Assembly: GCA_963782915.1 (NCBI GenBank)
Contig: CAWALK010000023.1
Location: 32,001-96,000 of the forward strand
Reading direction: 5' to 3'
Origin: an uncultured archaeon
GTDB lineage: Archaea > Thermoproteota > Bathyarchaeia > Bathyarchaeales > Bathycorpusculaceae
DNA: 64,000 nucleotides
Part shown: positions 1-9,816 of the stretch, piece after piece
How positions within the stretch are numbered: position 1 is the stretch's first letter
Layout of the letters: each line of letters opens with the position of its first letter
Program-made: the position numbers and the translations under genes
Notes under the pieces: generated by a model
Databases searched by the model: none
Told to the model about the DNA's origin: nothing
What the model saw: only the letters and a program-made list of their open reading frames with translations

Positions 1-539
1 AGAATTAACCCAAAATAGTTTTGTCCCAATGCCGTGCCTCGCCTTAAATAAATAATTTAATTAGCAACAAATAAATCATAATTTAAGAAAACTAGCATCT
101 ATTGAGGGTGATTCCGGTCCAGTCCATAATTTCCATTATCTTGGGCACCTTTTTTGTAGTTGGTTGTTGGCTGTAAATCAATTGCTGAAAGTGATTTTCG
201 AATGTTCGACTCAGAACCGCTGTTAAAGATTAAAAAAGGGGTTTTTTACTGGGTTTGCTGAGGCTTCTGGAACTATTTCTTTAGGGAGAAAGAAAAAGGA
301 AAACTGCAACATACGATGACTGCATAAATCGTAAGTGCTATCCGTAAGCCTACTCAGCCCCAGTTTACTTGCCATTGAAAAGAAAAAAGTAGGTAAAGAT
401 TGGTTTTCATTTGTTTTTCACCTTATTGGTCGTTTTCTAAGGGTAAGCAGCATTAATACGGCGACTACTAACAAAAGATAGCGCACGTCTTCTTGCATGT
501 CTGCCTTTTTGGGCATATCTCATTATTCTCCTTATTTGC

Positions 540-1007
540 TCAAGTTTGAAATTGAACCTCCTCCTTAATTTGCGAGGACCTCAATTCCTTTGCACCCATT
601 TTAAATCTAATCTCTTCAATTAACTGTACATAATTTATTGATGAGGACTTGCGACGACTCTTTATTGCTGAAAAAATGGACGTTACAATATCCAAGACTT
701 CAGCCCCATCCCCAAACTCCAAATCTTCTTTATTATCATCCTCTGATTGATTGTCTTCAATAGATGGATAATTCCAATTAATCCAAAATTCAGTATTATC
801 ATTTCGCGCAAAAAAATTAAATTGAATTTCACCTTTCTTTGTAAAACTTTCTTTATATTCAAAAATTATGTATGAATTTGTAACTGATTTCTTAATTTTT
901 AAGTTCCTTAATCCAGTGCCTTGTAAAACCTCGTGCACTCTAGAATAAGCTTGATCAATGGGACCAGAGGTTAAAAAAATCTTTTTAATACTTTCTCTTG
1001 AAGACAT
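540..1007 (-). CDS. Hypothetical protein in AT-rich segment
   Basis: 155-aa ORF, no recognisable motif; flanked by decayed ORF fragments. Confidence 0.5.
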   Translation of the reverse strand: MSSRESIKKIFLTSGPIDQAYSRVHEVLQGTGLRNLKIKKSVTNSYIIFEYKESFTKKGEIQFNFFARNDNTEFWINWNYPSIEDNQSEDDNKEDLEFGDGAEVLDIVTSIFSAIKSRRKSSSINYVQLIEEIRFKMGAKELRSSQIKEEVQFQT

Positions 1008-1149
1008 TTTTATTCACCGGTAGATTCTTGGTTCAATACTTTCCTTGATATATGTAATAATTGCTCACTCGGAAGGAGTCTTACTTATATCCGAGCAAAT
1101 CACCCGAATGATTACGCTTTGCGTCTCCCTGCACCAAATCCGCTGTGTT

Positions 1150-1425
1150 CTCCAACATATGGAAAAATGGATTTAGCGTTCAAAAGGTGTGATCAGAATT
1201 TTTTTGAAGGGTGCTACTGAAAGAAAAGCCAAAGAACAAAACAGGCCTGGCTACCTCATTGATTTAGCGTATGATAGGCTTGTGTGTATCTCTCTTGGAT
1301 GTCGGATAAGGGTTTTATTAAGATAGCTCATAAAGGGTTTGTTCACTTATCAAAATAAAGGTGTAGAGGCATACACTGATCTGGTTCGCTGGATTCTAAA
1401 GTATGTTGGACATCTTGGGTTTTGA
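1150..1425 (+). pseudogene. Probable degraded winged-helix protein remnant
   Basis: Broken frames give ...LAYDRLV...WMSDKGFIK...KGVEAYTDLVRWILKYVG, resembling an archaeal wHTH recognition helix and wing; no intact ORF; boundaries approximate. Confidence 0.3.
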
Positions 1426-1519
1426 AGGCTTAGACCAAGAATATAAACCGGCAAAAAAATGTTTTTGTCAAAAAACTCCTTCTGAGTGAGTTCGCCTTTT
1501 ATTCAATGTTACGATTGGC

Positions 1520-3406
1520 ATGGAGGGCGTCATAAAGGTGCAATTAGTAAACAGGCGTGTGTTCATCCAAAATAGCTATAAACAATTGATCGTTTCCTTA
1601 CTTTTTTTGGTCGCCTTTTTGATTGTTTTAATTCTATTTTATCCACCAAATTTATGGGTCGATAATATAATTGGCTTTTTTAATTCCTTCACTAATACTG
1701 TAGCTCTATTGACAGCCATTGGTTATGTTGGTCTTTTTGTTATTGTCTTTGCTGAAACAGGGCTGTTTTTTGGGTTCTTTTTACCCGGTGACAGCTTGCT
1801 TTTAGCAGCAGGTATTCTAGCAAGCCAAAATCTCTTCAATATCTCTGGGATAATGGTAGTTGTAATTGTAGCAGCGGTAATCGGAGATAGCTTCGGTTAT
1901 GGGTTTGGGCGAAAGGTTGGTCCAATGTTTATTAAAAGAGAATCACGCTTTTTGAATACACAAACGGTTGAGTCTGTCAAAGCCTTCTATGAGAAGCATG
2001 GGCCAAAGGCTATTGTTTTCGCGCGTTTTGTACCACTTGCACGAACATTTGCACCCATTCTTGCAGGGGTAAGCAAAATGAGCGGTAAAAGATTTTTTTG
2101 TTATAATATAGTTGGCGGGTTACTGTGGGGTGTAACTTTGCCAATGCTTGGTTACACTGCGGGGAAGATTATTCCAGATATTCAACTCTACATTTACCCA
2201 ATTATCGGTTTAATTATTGTGGTTTCAATCCTTCCTTGGTTAATCAAAATTTCTAGAATGAAGAAGTCTTTTTCTTGGAGAACAGGATTCGCGCCTACTC
2301 GATTTAAGCCGGTAATTGGCTTTTCGAGGAAAATGGCTGATGCCGAGATCCAACGAGAGCAAAAACCGCCAAGTAAATCGACACGAATCCTAAAAATCAC
2401 AATTCAAATAGTGGTTATGGCTGTAATCTTTGGGGTGCTGTTATGGTTTGTAGGTATAGGTTCGCTCTATGACGCCTTGCTAAATATCAAGATAGAATAC
2501 TTGATTTTGGCGTTCTTTATGTATTTTGGAATTAACGTCTTCTTTACAGTACGGCTAAGACGTGTTCTAGCTAAAGACGGCATCAAAACTTCTTTCGGAA
2601 AAACACTCCTAGCCCAGTATGCAGGCATGTTAACCAGCGACGTTACTCCTGGACGCTCAGGATACATTCTAATGCCTGTTTATCTTCGAGACCAAAACGT
2701 GCCAACCTCAAAGGGGCTCTCAAGCATTTTAGGTATTCAAACAATTGAATTTCTATTCAAAGTAATTGGTGGATTGGGGGCAGTAATTTTCCTAGTTCAA
2801 ACGGTGCCCGCACAAACATGGAATACTTTATTCCCCCAAACAGTTGCTGGAATCAACATCGGCATACTAGTTGCAGGGTTAGGCATATCTTTGATGCTTG
2901 TAGGAGCTGTTGTGTTAGCAGCTTTTACATGGTCAAAAAGGGCTATTACCATATTTGATCGCCTTACAAATTTAAAATTCCTTAAGAGATTTACAGGGGG
3001 CTTAATGGATAAACTTGAAGAATACAAAGAAAGCTCTCATAGCACCCGCCGAGTAATCCCTGAAATAATTGGTTTAACAATGATATGCTGGATCCTCAAA
3101 GGTTTGGAATGGTACTTCTTAGGCTTAGCCTTGGGAATTGGGGATGTGCCATTGATCGCCTTTTTCCTTATACATCCATTGGTAACAGCATTAGCGTTTG
3201 TTCCCATCACTCCTGCTGGAGCAGGGGTTCAAGAATTCGGAATTATCGGAATCCTTGGTCTTCTAGGTGTTGCAGTAGGTCCAGCTGGCGTCTTTGCTTT
3301 ACTTGCTCGCGGCTTACTCATGATTGAAGACCTTGTAGGAATACCGCAGATCGTTAAATCAACAAGTATTATCTTTTCACGTAAAACCCTTGAATTATCT
3401 AAATGA
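1520..3406 (+). CDS. DedA/VTT-domain protein fused to lysylphosphatidylglycerol-synthase-TM (UPF0104) flippase-like domain
   Basis: N-half has DedA motifs (FAETGLFFGFFLPGDSLL, ARFVPLART); C-half has UPF0104-type motifs (TPGRSG, VPITPAGAGVQEFG). Confidence 0.85.
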   Translation: MEGVIKVQLVNRRVFIQNSYKQLIVSLLFLVAFLIVLILFYPPNLWVDNIIGFFNSFTNTVALLTAIGYVGLFVIVFAETGLFFGFFLPGDSLLLAAGILASQNLFNISGIMVVVIVAAVIGDSFGYGFGRKVGPMFIKRESRFLNTQTVESVKAFYEKHGPKAIVFARFVPLARTFAPILAGVSKMSGKRFFCYNIVGGLLWGVTLPMLGYTAGKIIPDIQLYIYPIIGLIIVVSILPWLIKISRMKKSFSWRTGFAPTRFKPVIGFSRKMADAEIQREQKPPSKSTRILKITIQIVVMAVIFGVLLWFVGIGSLYDALLNIKIEYLILAFFMYFGINVFFTVRLRRVLAKDGIKTSFGKTLLAQYAGMLTSDVTPGRSGYILMPVYLRDQNVPTSKGLSSILGIQTIEFLFKVIGGLGAVIFLVQTVPAQTWNTLFPQTVAGINIGILVAGLGISLMLVGAVVLAAFTWSKRAITIFDRLTNLKFLKRFTGGLMDKLEEYKESSHSTRRVIPEIIGLTMICWILKGLEWYFLGLALGIGDVPLIAFFLIHPLVTALAFVPITPAGAGVQEFGIIGILGLLGVAVGPAGVFALLARGLLMIEDLVGIPQIVKSTSIIFSRKTLELSK

Positions 3407-3487
3407 AAGATTGACTGAAAATCGTTTTAGAAAAAACCATATGTCCATAAGTAATTTACACTTTCTGTTTTTTATTCTGTTTGCCTC

Positions 3488-3829
3488 CTAGATTGATGGC
3501 TTTTTCTTCATGGCACAAGACCAAAGGCTTATGTAAAAGTAGACCTTCGACTGACTTCAGCAATTGATAGCCAAAGAGTATTGCTGCAAAGTAGGTAGAC
3601 CACAGAATGATTGGCCAATTGCTCGGCGTTTAATTCCACAAACCTGTCGAGACAGCAAAAAACTCCACAATGGCCAAAGACACCATTCCACCCAAAGCAA
3701 GAAAGACCTGTTCTTTTGCCTCATGTTTTGAATTCCATTTTCGCCGCACAATCAACAGAACTGCCAAGCACATAGAAAAGCAACAAAGAGAATGTACCAG
3801 TTGGCATTGAAATCCAATATTATGTTCAT
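3488..3829 (-). pseudogene. Disrupted paralog of the small membrane protein at 47818-48138
   Basis: Manual translation MNIILDFNANWYILFVAFLCAW/AVLLIVRRKWNSKHEAKEQVFLALGGMVSLAIVEFFAVSTGLWN*TPSNWPIILWSTYFAAILFGYQLL aligns end to end with 47818; one frameshift and a TAA at 3630-3632. Confidence 0.8.
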
Positions 3830-3886
3830 GCCTTACAAAAAAGGCCTACAATATTAAAATTTATCCTTAAAAAGTGCCGCGCTTAA

Positions 3887-4543
3887 ATGTTATTAATGCC
3901 TATGCTCATAGCTTGCCATAGGCGACGCAGGTTGGAAGAGAAAACACTTCACATTCAAGGTTACAAATGCCAAGCTCTTTATCATAAAGCGGCGGGGATG
4001 CCGATTGTTTTTCTGCATGGCTTATCGTATAGTGTCGGTGTGTGGGAACGCATCGGCGTCACAGATTTGCTTATTGAGAAGAAGGTGCCGTTTCTTGCAC
4101 TGGATATGCCGTATGGGTCAAAAAGTCAATGCCACCCCAAAACAAAAGACCCCCAAGCCAACGTAGCCTTCGCTGCAGAAGCCATACAAAACATACTCGG
4201 CTCCGAAGTGCCGGTATTGGTCGGTGCAAGCTTGGGCGGCTACATCGCACTCAACTATGCCGCGGCACATCCGGTTAAGGGGCTTTTTTTGGTCGCGCCT
4301 GCCTACGCATTCGACAACGACGAGTTGGTAAAAGCATATCCGGGGTTCAAATTTCCAGTCCGCATCGTATGGGGCACAAACGACAACGTTATCTCAGGCG
4401 AAGAAATGCGCACCCTAGCCGATAAGTTGCCCAACGCCAGAATGCTCGCCTACAATGGCGCAGCACATTCAGCGTATACTGATCAGCCTGAATGGTTCAA
4501 ACGCGACTTACTCTCACTCTACGCCACTGCCGAAACAACTTAG
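3887..4543 (+). CDS. Alpha/beta-fold hydrolase (true start probably TTG near 3932)
   Basis: VFLHG oxyanion motif, GASLGG nucleophile elbow, WGTND acid, AAH histidine. Confidence 0.85.
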   Translation: MLLMPMLIACHRRRRLEEKTLHIQGYKCQALYHKAAGMPIVFLHGLSYSVGVWERIGVTDLLIEKKVPFLALDMPYGSKSQCHPKTKDPQANVAFAAEAIQNILGSEVPVLVGASLGGYIALNYAAAHPVKGLFLVAPAYAFDNDELVKAYPGFKFPVRIVWGTNDNVISGEEMRTLADKLPNARMLAYNGAAHSAYTDQPEWFKRDLLSLYATAETT

Positions 4544-4558
4544 AGCGTATGTTTAGGT

Positions 4559-5104
4559 TTAGCCTGTGGCAACGTAGTGGTAGGGTCCCGCTTCTTGGAT
4601 GTCAGAGCAGAAGCCTGCTGTCTGTAGCATATCCCCAACTTGTTGTTCGCTGAACCTTATCTCAACTGGTGGGCCAAAGTCCATCTTTATTTTTTTCCAA
4701 TCTAAATCTATCACTTTGCCCCAGGGCTTGACCATCAAACGTGCATTCGCCAACACTTTGGCTGGGTCATCAAAATCATGGAGATCCATGCTGTAGAAGA
4801 CTATATCTGCGCATTCTTGGCAAAACACTGTGTCCTCTGCTCTGCCTACCGCTACTACGATGTTGGTTAGTTTTTCGGCGTCAGCTTTGCTTTGCAGCTT
4901 CGCCACATTCGACGCATCGATATCGACTGCGTAGACTCTGCCGTTTGCCCCAACCTTTTTAGCGGCCAAAAGACTAAAGAAGCCATCTCCGCAGCCCACA
5001 TCCACAAACGTCATCCCCTCCTCCAAACTTGCAAGTACTGCTTCGGGGTTGTACCAGCTGCGCCGTGTTGCTTCATCTAAACTAAATCCGCCATGGCAAC
5101 CCAT
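4559..5104 (-). CDS. Class I SAM-dependent methyltransferase
   Basis: VDVGCGDG motif I, VYAVDID, LHDFDDP; start taken at MGCHGG just after the upstream stop. Confidence 0.85.
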   Translation of the reverse strand: MGCHGGFSLDEATRRSWYNPEAVLASLEEGMTFVDVGCGDGFFSLLAAKKVGANGRVYAVDIDASNVAKLQSKADAEKLTNIVVAVGRAEDTVFCQECADIVFYSMDLHDFDDPAKVLANARLMVKPWGKVIDLDWKKIKMDFGPPVEIRFSEQQVGDMLQTAGFCSDIQEAGPYHYVATG

Positions 5105-5105
5105 A

Positions 5106-5420
5106 CTACATACCCAAATCTGTTGGTGATCCGAAGAGTTCACGAATTTGTTTTTCGTGGGTTTGGCGTGTGGTGAGCGGGTAGATTTCGCGTTCGCATT
5201 CGAAAAACATGGGGTCTTGCCCGATGACTCGGCTGAGTTTCTCGTCGGATTCAGCGTTAACGATTAACATGCTGCCTTGTTGACCGATTAGGTGATAGTA
5301 GAGGTCGAGGGTTTTGTCTTTCTCGAGGTTTTCGAAATATTTGAATTGCAGCGGAAGCAGTTTTGCCCAGCGCTCCAAGGGAATGTCACGTTTAACTTTT
5401 TGTATGATTAAAAACTTCAT
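5106..5420 (-). CDS. Small dimeric alpha/beta-barrel protein (muconolactone isomerase-like)
   Basis: 104 aa; pattern G.MLIVNAESDEKL...DPMF..EIYPL typical of this fold. Confidence 0.55.
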   Translation of the reverse strand: MKFLIIQKVKRDIPLERWAKLLPLQFKYFENLEKDKTLDLYYHLIGQQGSMLIVNAESDEKLSRVIGQDPMFFECEREIYPLTTRQTHEKQIRELFGSPTDLGM

Positions 5421-5623
5421 AGAAATCCACTAGAGATTACTCTGTTTTGGGTTTAAAGCCTTTCTTTTAAAATGAAAACCGCTGGCTTGGTATTTCATTT
5501 ATTAAGTTTTAAGACGCTTTTTATACGATATATTATTTTTCGCATAATATAGTGCGATTTAGGAATAAAGCTTTATAAAAAAGGTGCAGTTGTTTGGTCA
5601 AACATTAGTTCGGAGATAGCAAG

Positions 5624-5854
5624 GTGCCTAAATCAATTAAAAAAGTCGGCGAAGCCAGGTTACCCGTGATTAAGTGTTCATGCGGCTCAGAGATTCTTCT
5701 GGTTCCCAACGTAAAGTTGATGAATGAAGCCATAGAAGCACATATCAATGAGCACACAAAAAAATTGAAGACGCCAAAAGAGGCGGAAGCTGAAGCGGAA
5801 CGTGTCCGCGATGACTTAATTATACAGGTCCTCGAAAAAGCAAGCGAAATGTAG
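5624..5854 (+). CDS. Small hypothetical protein with CxC and HxxxH (possible metal binding)
   Basis: 76 aa, KCSCG...EAHINEH; TATA-like ctttataaaa upstream near 5571. Confidence 0.6.
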   Translation: MPKSIKKVGEARLPVIKCSCGSEILLVPNVKLMNEAIEAHINEHTKKLKTPKEAEAEAERVRDDLIIQVLEKASEM

Positions 5855-5859
5855 CCTGT

Positions 5860-6018
5860 TTATTCTTGCTTGCTCTCTGAACCGCCTCGCCTCATCATTT
5901 CAGGAAGCTTAGTTGAAGCCTTAGACATCGCATCCTTAACAACAGCCATCAATTCCTCATTCACTTCAACTTCAACGGTTAGTTTCATTTTGCCTTTTTT
6001 CTCATTCATCTCAGTCAT
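5860..6018 (-). CDS. 52-aa microprotein, paralog of 35143-35358
   Basis: Not in ORF track; MTEMNEKKGKMKLTVEVEVNEELMAVVKDAMSKASTKLPEMMRRGGSESKQE; start overlaps the end of 6011-6313. Confidence 0.7.
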   Translation of the reverse strand: MTEMNEKKGKMKLTVEVEVNEELMAVVKDAMSKASTKLPEMMRRGGSESKQE

Positions 6019-6313
6019 GGAACCACCTCCCAAAACGGCTTAATTGTTTGGGGAAAATGTTACCTAAAAGATGATAGGCCTGCATGTCTGTGAGGTCCAA
6101 ATCGATTTCTATGCGGTAATGGTATTTTCCGAGGCGTTTAGTGTGGGTTTTGTAGTTGCTGATTATGCCGCCGTCTCTGTAGCGGTGTAACTGCTGATGC
6201 ATCAACACCGATATGGCTGTGGGCGCTAAGGGTTCAAAAGCAAAAGCAACCCTGAGTAGTACGCGAACTGCGCTTTCCATTAGTGATTCAGAAACCGATT
6301 CTCCCTGTGTCAT
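6011..6313 (-). CDS. Hypothetical protein
   Basis: 100-aa ORF overlapping the downstream microprotein. Confidence 0.6.
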   Translation of the reverse strand: MTQGESVSESLMESAVRVLLRVAFAFEPLAPTAISVLMHQQLHRYRDGGIISNYKTHTKRLGKYHYRIEIDLDLTDMQAYHLLGNIFPKQLSRFGRWFHD

Positions 6314-6394
6314 AATATTTCCTTAAAAAATCGACTTGCCCAAATTTGGCAGACAAGAACTTGATTAAAAAGTACTGCGCGAGTTTTTTTAAGC

Positions 6395-6955
6395 TTGTGT
6401 GACTGTCAATACCCAACAACAAAGCTGATGCTTATGGCGATGGAAGAAATCAATATGCAAGTTTACGGCTGTAAAAAATGTCGACTCTGGCAGGGTGCAA
6501 AACATGGCGTACCTGGCGAGGGATCGCTAAATGCTAAGGTCATGTTTGTTGGTCAGAATCCAGGTGCCGACGAAGACAAAGTAGGCAGACCGTTTGTGGG
6601 AAGAGCAGGCAAATACCTCACCAAAACCCTCGCAGAATTCGGCATCAAACGCGAAGACGTCTACATAACCAACATCGTCAAGCACACTTCGCCGCAGAAC
6701 CGCAAACCTTACCCCGACGAAGTCGAGGCTTGTCTGCCATATTTGATAACGCAAATCAACATTATCAAGCCAAAAATCATTGTGCTACTTGGTGCATCTG
6801 CAAAGGGGGTTCCACGATTGGAGGGTATTGAATATTTTGAAGTTATTCATCCATCTGCGGCTATGCGGTTCACGAAGATGCGGGAAAAGTTTAGGCTACA
6901 AATCGCAGATTTAGCAAAGAAAACCTCAACTATGCAATCGAAAGCTGATAAGTAA
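6395..6955 (+). CDS. udg: Uracil-DNA glycosylase, family 4-like (true start probably ~6437)
   Basis: CxxC, VPGEG, FVGQNPG, PFVGRAG, ITNIVK, HPSA motifs. Confidence 0.9.
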   Translation: MCDCQYPTTKLMLMAMEEINMQVYGCKKCRLWQGAKHGVPGEGSLNAKVMFVGQNPGADEDKVGRPFVGRAGKYLTKTLAEFGIKREDVYITNIVKHTSPQNRKPYPDEVEACLPYLITQINIIKPKIIVLLGASAKGVPRLEGIEYFEVIHPSAAMRFTKMREKFRLQIADLAKKTSTMQSKADK

Positions 6956-6967
6956 AAAGAAATGAAT

Positions 6968-7591
6968 TTACTTCATGGGCTGCCTTAGGACGGTTTTTAG
7001 TTTTTCCGGCGCAGTTTTCTGTGGGTTGCTTATGTAGATTTCATGGTGTTTCCCGCTTAACTCGTGACCTGCAGCTTTAATTGCGTCATGCATTTTTTGG
7101 ATGTTCGGAGCTTCGGTTGAGTAGGGTCCGAGATGCATGATTTGAGCAGATTTACCCTCGTGTAGGTTTTCAAACCGGATTTTGTCAAGTGCTGCGGGAT
7201 TCTTTTTCTTGCGTACCTCTACTATTGCGGCTTCTACGTCGGCGGCGGTGACATATTTGGGCTGCATAATCATGCTTGTCCATTTCCACTCGTTTCGCCG
7301 CTGAGCCACATAAGCCTCCAAATCATCTGCCCACCAGAGCCCTTCAATAGGCAAAACACCATAATCGATGCCTCTGCCCTTCTTTATCATAAACTTGAGC
7401 GTGTAAGAAACACCAAAAAGGGCTTCAAAGGTTGCTTTGTAATCCTCCGAGGTGCTGGGGTCGCCTTGTCCATCTATCATGAGGTAATTCATGTCTGGAA
7501 CATCTACAATTGAAACTTCTTTGGCTGAGGGGTTGTAGAGTTGTTTTAGCTCCTTTTTTAAATCGATTTTTTCCATAAACGGGACCTTCAA
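6968..7591 (-). CDS. GyrI-like small-molecule-binding protein
   Basis: IDGQGDP, PIEGLWW, QIMHLGPY, KHHEIYIS..K.KTVLRQP. Confidence 0.88.
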   Translation of the reverse strand: MKVPFMEKIDLKKELKQLYNPSAKEVSIVDVPDMNYLMIDGQGDPSTSEDYKATFEALFGVSYTLKFMIKKGRGIDYGVLPIEGLWWADDLEAYVAQRRNEWKWTSMIMQPKYVTAADVEAAIVEVRKKKNPAALDKIRFENLHEGKSAQIMHLGPYSTEAPNIQKMHDAIKAAGHELSGKHHEIYISNPQKTAPEKLKTVLRQPMK

Positions 7592-7703
7592 GTTGTTTTG
7601 GGGCGGTTTAGTTATTTAAAAGTAGATAACTGCAACAACGCAAAATAGGCAAACAATTCTAATCTATAAATAAGCAGCTATACACCTTTTTGAATTGGCG
7701 TGA

Positions 7704-8003
7704 TTGATGTCAAACGGCGAAATCGATGAATACGAAAAAGACGATCAGATGCGCATATCATATGGTCAGTATCACGTTGCTGTAAACCATCCTACTAGAA
7801 AAGCAATCCTTGAAGCCCTCCGTGAGCGAAGCTTAACAATCGAAGAGATCGCAGCAAAAACCGAGCTAACTAAAGAAGCGCTGAGTTGGCACATTACAAT
7901 TTTAGAAAGCGGAATGTTTGCATGCATAGAGAAAGAAAACCGGCTAGATTGCGTCGCCTATAGGCTTACAAAAGCTGGCAAAGTAATCAATTATCTAGAA
8001 TAG
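7704..8003 (+). CDS. ArsR-like winged-helix regulator
   Basis: HPTRKAILEAL...EEIA...LSWHITIL...YRLTKAG. Confidence 0.8.
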   Translation: MMSNGEIDEYEKDDQMRISYGQYHVAVNHPTRKAILEALRERSLTIEEIAAKTELTKEALSWHITILESGMFACIEKENRLDCVAYRLTKAGKVINYLE

Positions 8004-8020
8004 ACCGAGGACTTGGCGTC

Positions 8021-8905
8021 TTATTGCTTGTTATTTTTCTTTTTAATTAAAAAGCCTATGCCTGCAATTAGCAGGGACACCATCCATAGTTCCGTTAGGA
8101 ACACGAAATTTTGATAGCCAATGTTTACAGCTGCGACGGCGAGGTAAACAAAGAAGTATATGCTGGCAACTATCAAGGCAATGCCTATTCCTCTGAAGCT
8201 GAAGCCGGCGTTTTTGCCTCTGATGAATGGCAAAAAGACGGCTAACAAAATCAGTGCGGAAACCAGCAGCGTCACGGCTGAATTGACGAATCCCACTGTT
8301 AAGATTGGGCTGCTGAAGTCTATTGGGAGCGCATAGAGGTTGAAGAAGAAGTGTTTTATCCACATGGCAAACATGAACGATACTGCCGCAACCGCTGCCA
8401 CCTTCAATATGGGTGTTAAGCTGTTTTGAGGTTTCTTTAGGCGAAGATAGAGCATCAGTAACGTGGGCGTTATAAGCACTATTTGCATACCGAACGAAAA
8501 GATTGTCAACTCCGCCGCTATTCCGGAGAAGAAAACCCACTGGGTTATGAATGGTATCAGGAACAAGTACTGTACTGTCTCAAGCAACACACCTCTTCTC
8601 AGGAAAACCAACGCCGGCTTTTTCCTCAACAAAGCAACCGCGAAGGCTACAAAGAATATCGCACCCGCAAAACGCAGTATCAAACCTACTTCGCCGCTTA
8701 CCTCCGAAAAGAACCACATGTACCCGTGCGCTGAGATCCCGTTTTGTCCGGCGTTGACGGTTATGTTCTGGTAGATTTGGTACAGCGCTAAGAAGGATTT
8801 TTGGAGTAGGTATGTTTCGTAGATTAACAGTGCGACTGCTGCGACTAAGAGGTAGGGTGCTTTGCTCTGTATTGTTTGCCTAAGCGTTGCGTGTTCTGTG
8901 TTCAT
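8021..8905 (-). CDS. Polytopic membrane protein, unknown function
   Basis: About 8 hydrophobic segments with an apparent internal duplication. Confidence 0.75.
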   Translation of the reverse strand: MNTEHATLRQTIQSKAPYLLVAAVALLIYETYLLQKSFLALYQIYQNITVNAGQNGISAHGYMWFFSEVSGEVGLILRFAGAIFFVAFAVALLRKKPALVFLRRGVLLETVQYLFLIPFITQWVFFSGIAAELTIFSFGMQIVLITPTLLMLYLRLKKPQNSLTPILKVAAVAAVSFMFAMWIKHFFFNLYALPIDFSSPILTVGFVNSAVTLLVSALILLAVFLPFIRGKNAGFSFRGIGIALIVASIYFFVYLAVAAVNIGYQNFVFLTELWMVSLLIAGIGFLIKKKNNKQ

Positions 8906-9382
8906 GTTTAGCTATTAACCAATCGTTTTGTTGCAATAAATAATTAACGCCCCTTAGGTGGGGCGGAGATTTTGCGTTGAGTAGGTAGTCTCCATTTTCT
9001 ATGCGCAAATCAAAAAATTGTTCTGAAATGGGCTACTCAACCAACCAGCAACCCGCCTCACAGCCCGCTGATTGTTGTTGTGCATAGGCAGTTTTCGGCA
9101 ACAACAACTGTAGAAATCGCTAAACCTGCATTCGTGGAGACTATAAATAGAGGGGGGTAGGGCCCTCAAAGCAAAAGACCTCTGTTTGCCTTAGCCCAAT
9201 CTGCTTGCAGAAACCGCCACAACCAGCCCAGCAACCCCCCACAGACGCAGACATCAAAACACAGCTGCCGCCAAGCCCAAAGGTAGATGTTGAAATAAGA
9301 GGGCCCACGGCAACAACCAATAAAGAAAAAACAATCACCTGAAAATCCAAGAGATTATCAGTTGCATTCTGCGAAAGCCAAT

Positions 9383-9754
9383 TTACACCACGTTTTGACC
9401 ATTTGCGTGCAAATCAAAAGCCCTAGCAAAAGACTTTGCCACATTAGGACTCGTATTCACACTGTTTGGTGGAGACAGAAGTTTTGTTTCCTGAGCTATC
9501 CTTTGCGCTACCGCAGTGTCATGGTAGTTCGAATGTAACATGACTTGAAAGCGGGTAGGTTGAACAAAATAGGTTCCGCTAAGACTACCGTTTTTCGCTA
9601 GACCCAGAAGCCATGAACCAATGTTTTGTTTGGGAAACCCCTGAAGTGCTACAAGAAAGTTAAATAGCTCTTCCAGGTTGACGATTTCTTTTACTGGTCC
9701 AACTTGACGATTAGGCGGAGAGCAAGTTAAAGTTATTTTCAAACTTTTCACCAA
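9383..9754 (-). CDS. Hypothetical protein
   Basis: 123-aa ORF downstream of rqc2, no motif. Confidence 0.4.
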   Translation of the reverse strand: MVKSLKITLTCSPPNRQVGPVKEIVNLEELFNFLVALQGFPKQNIGSWLLGLAKNGSLSGTYFVQPTRFQVMLHSNYHDTAVAQRIAQETKLLSPPNSVNTSPNVAKSFARAFDLHANGQNVV

Positions 9755-9816
9755 GTAAGCTCTATTGTCATATTGTTTTTTTAAGGCTTACCCAAACCAA
9801 GCCGCAATGGGTCAAG

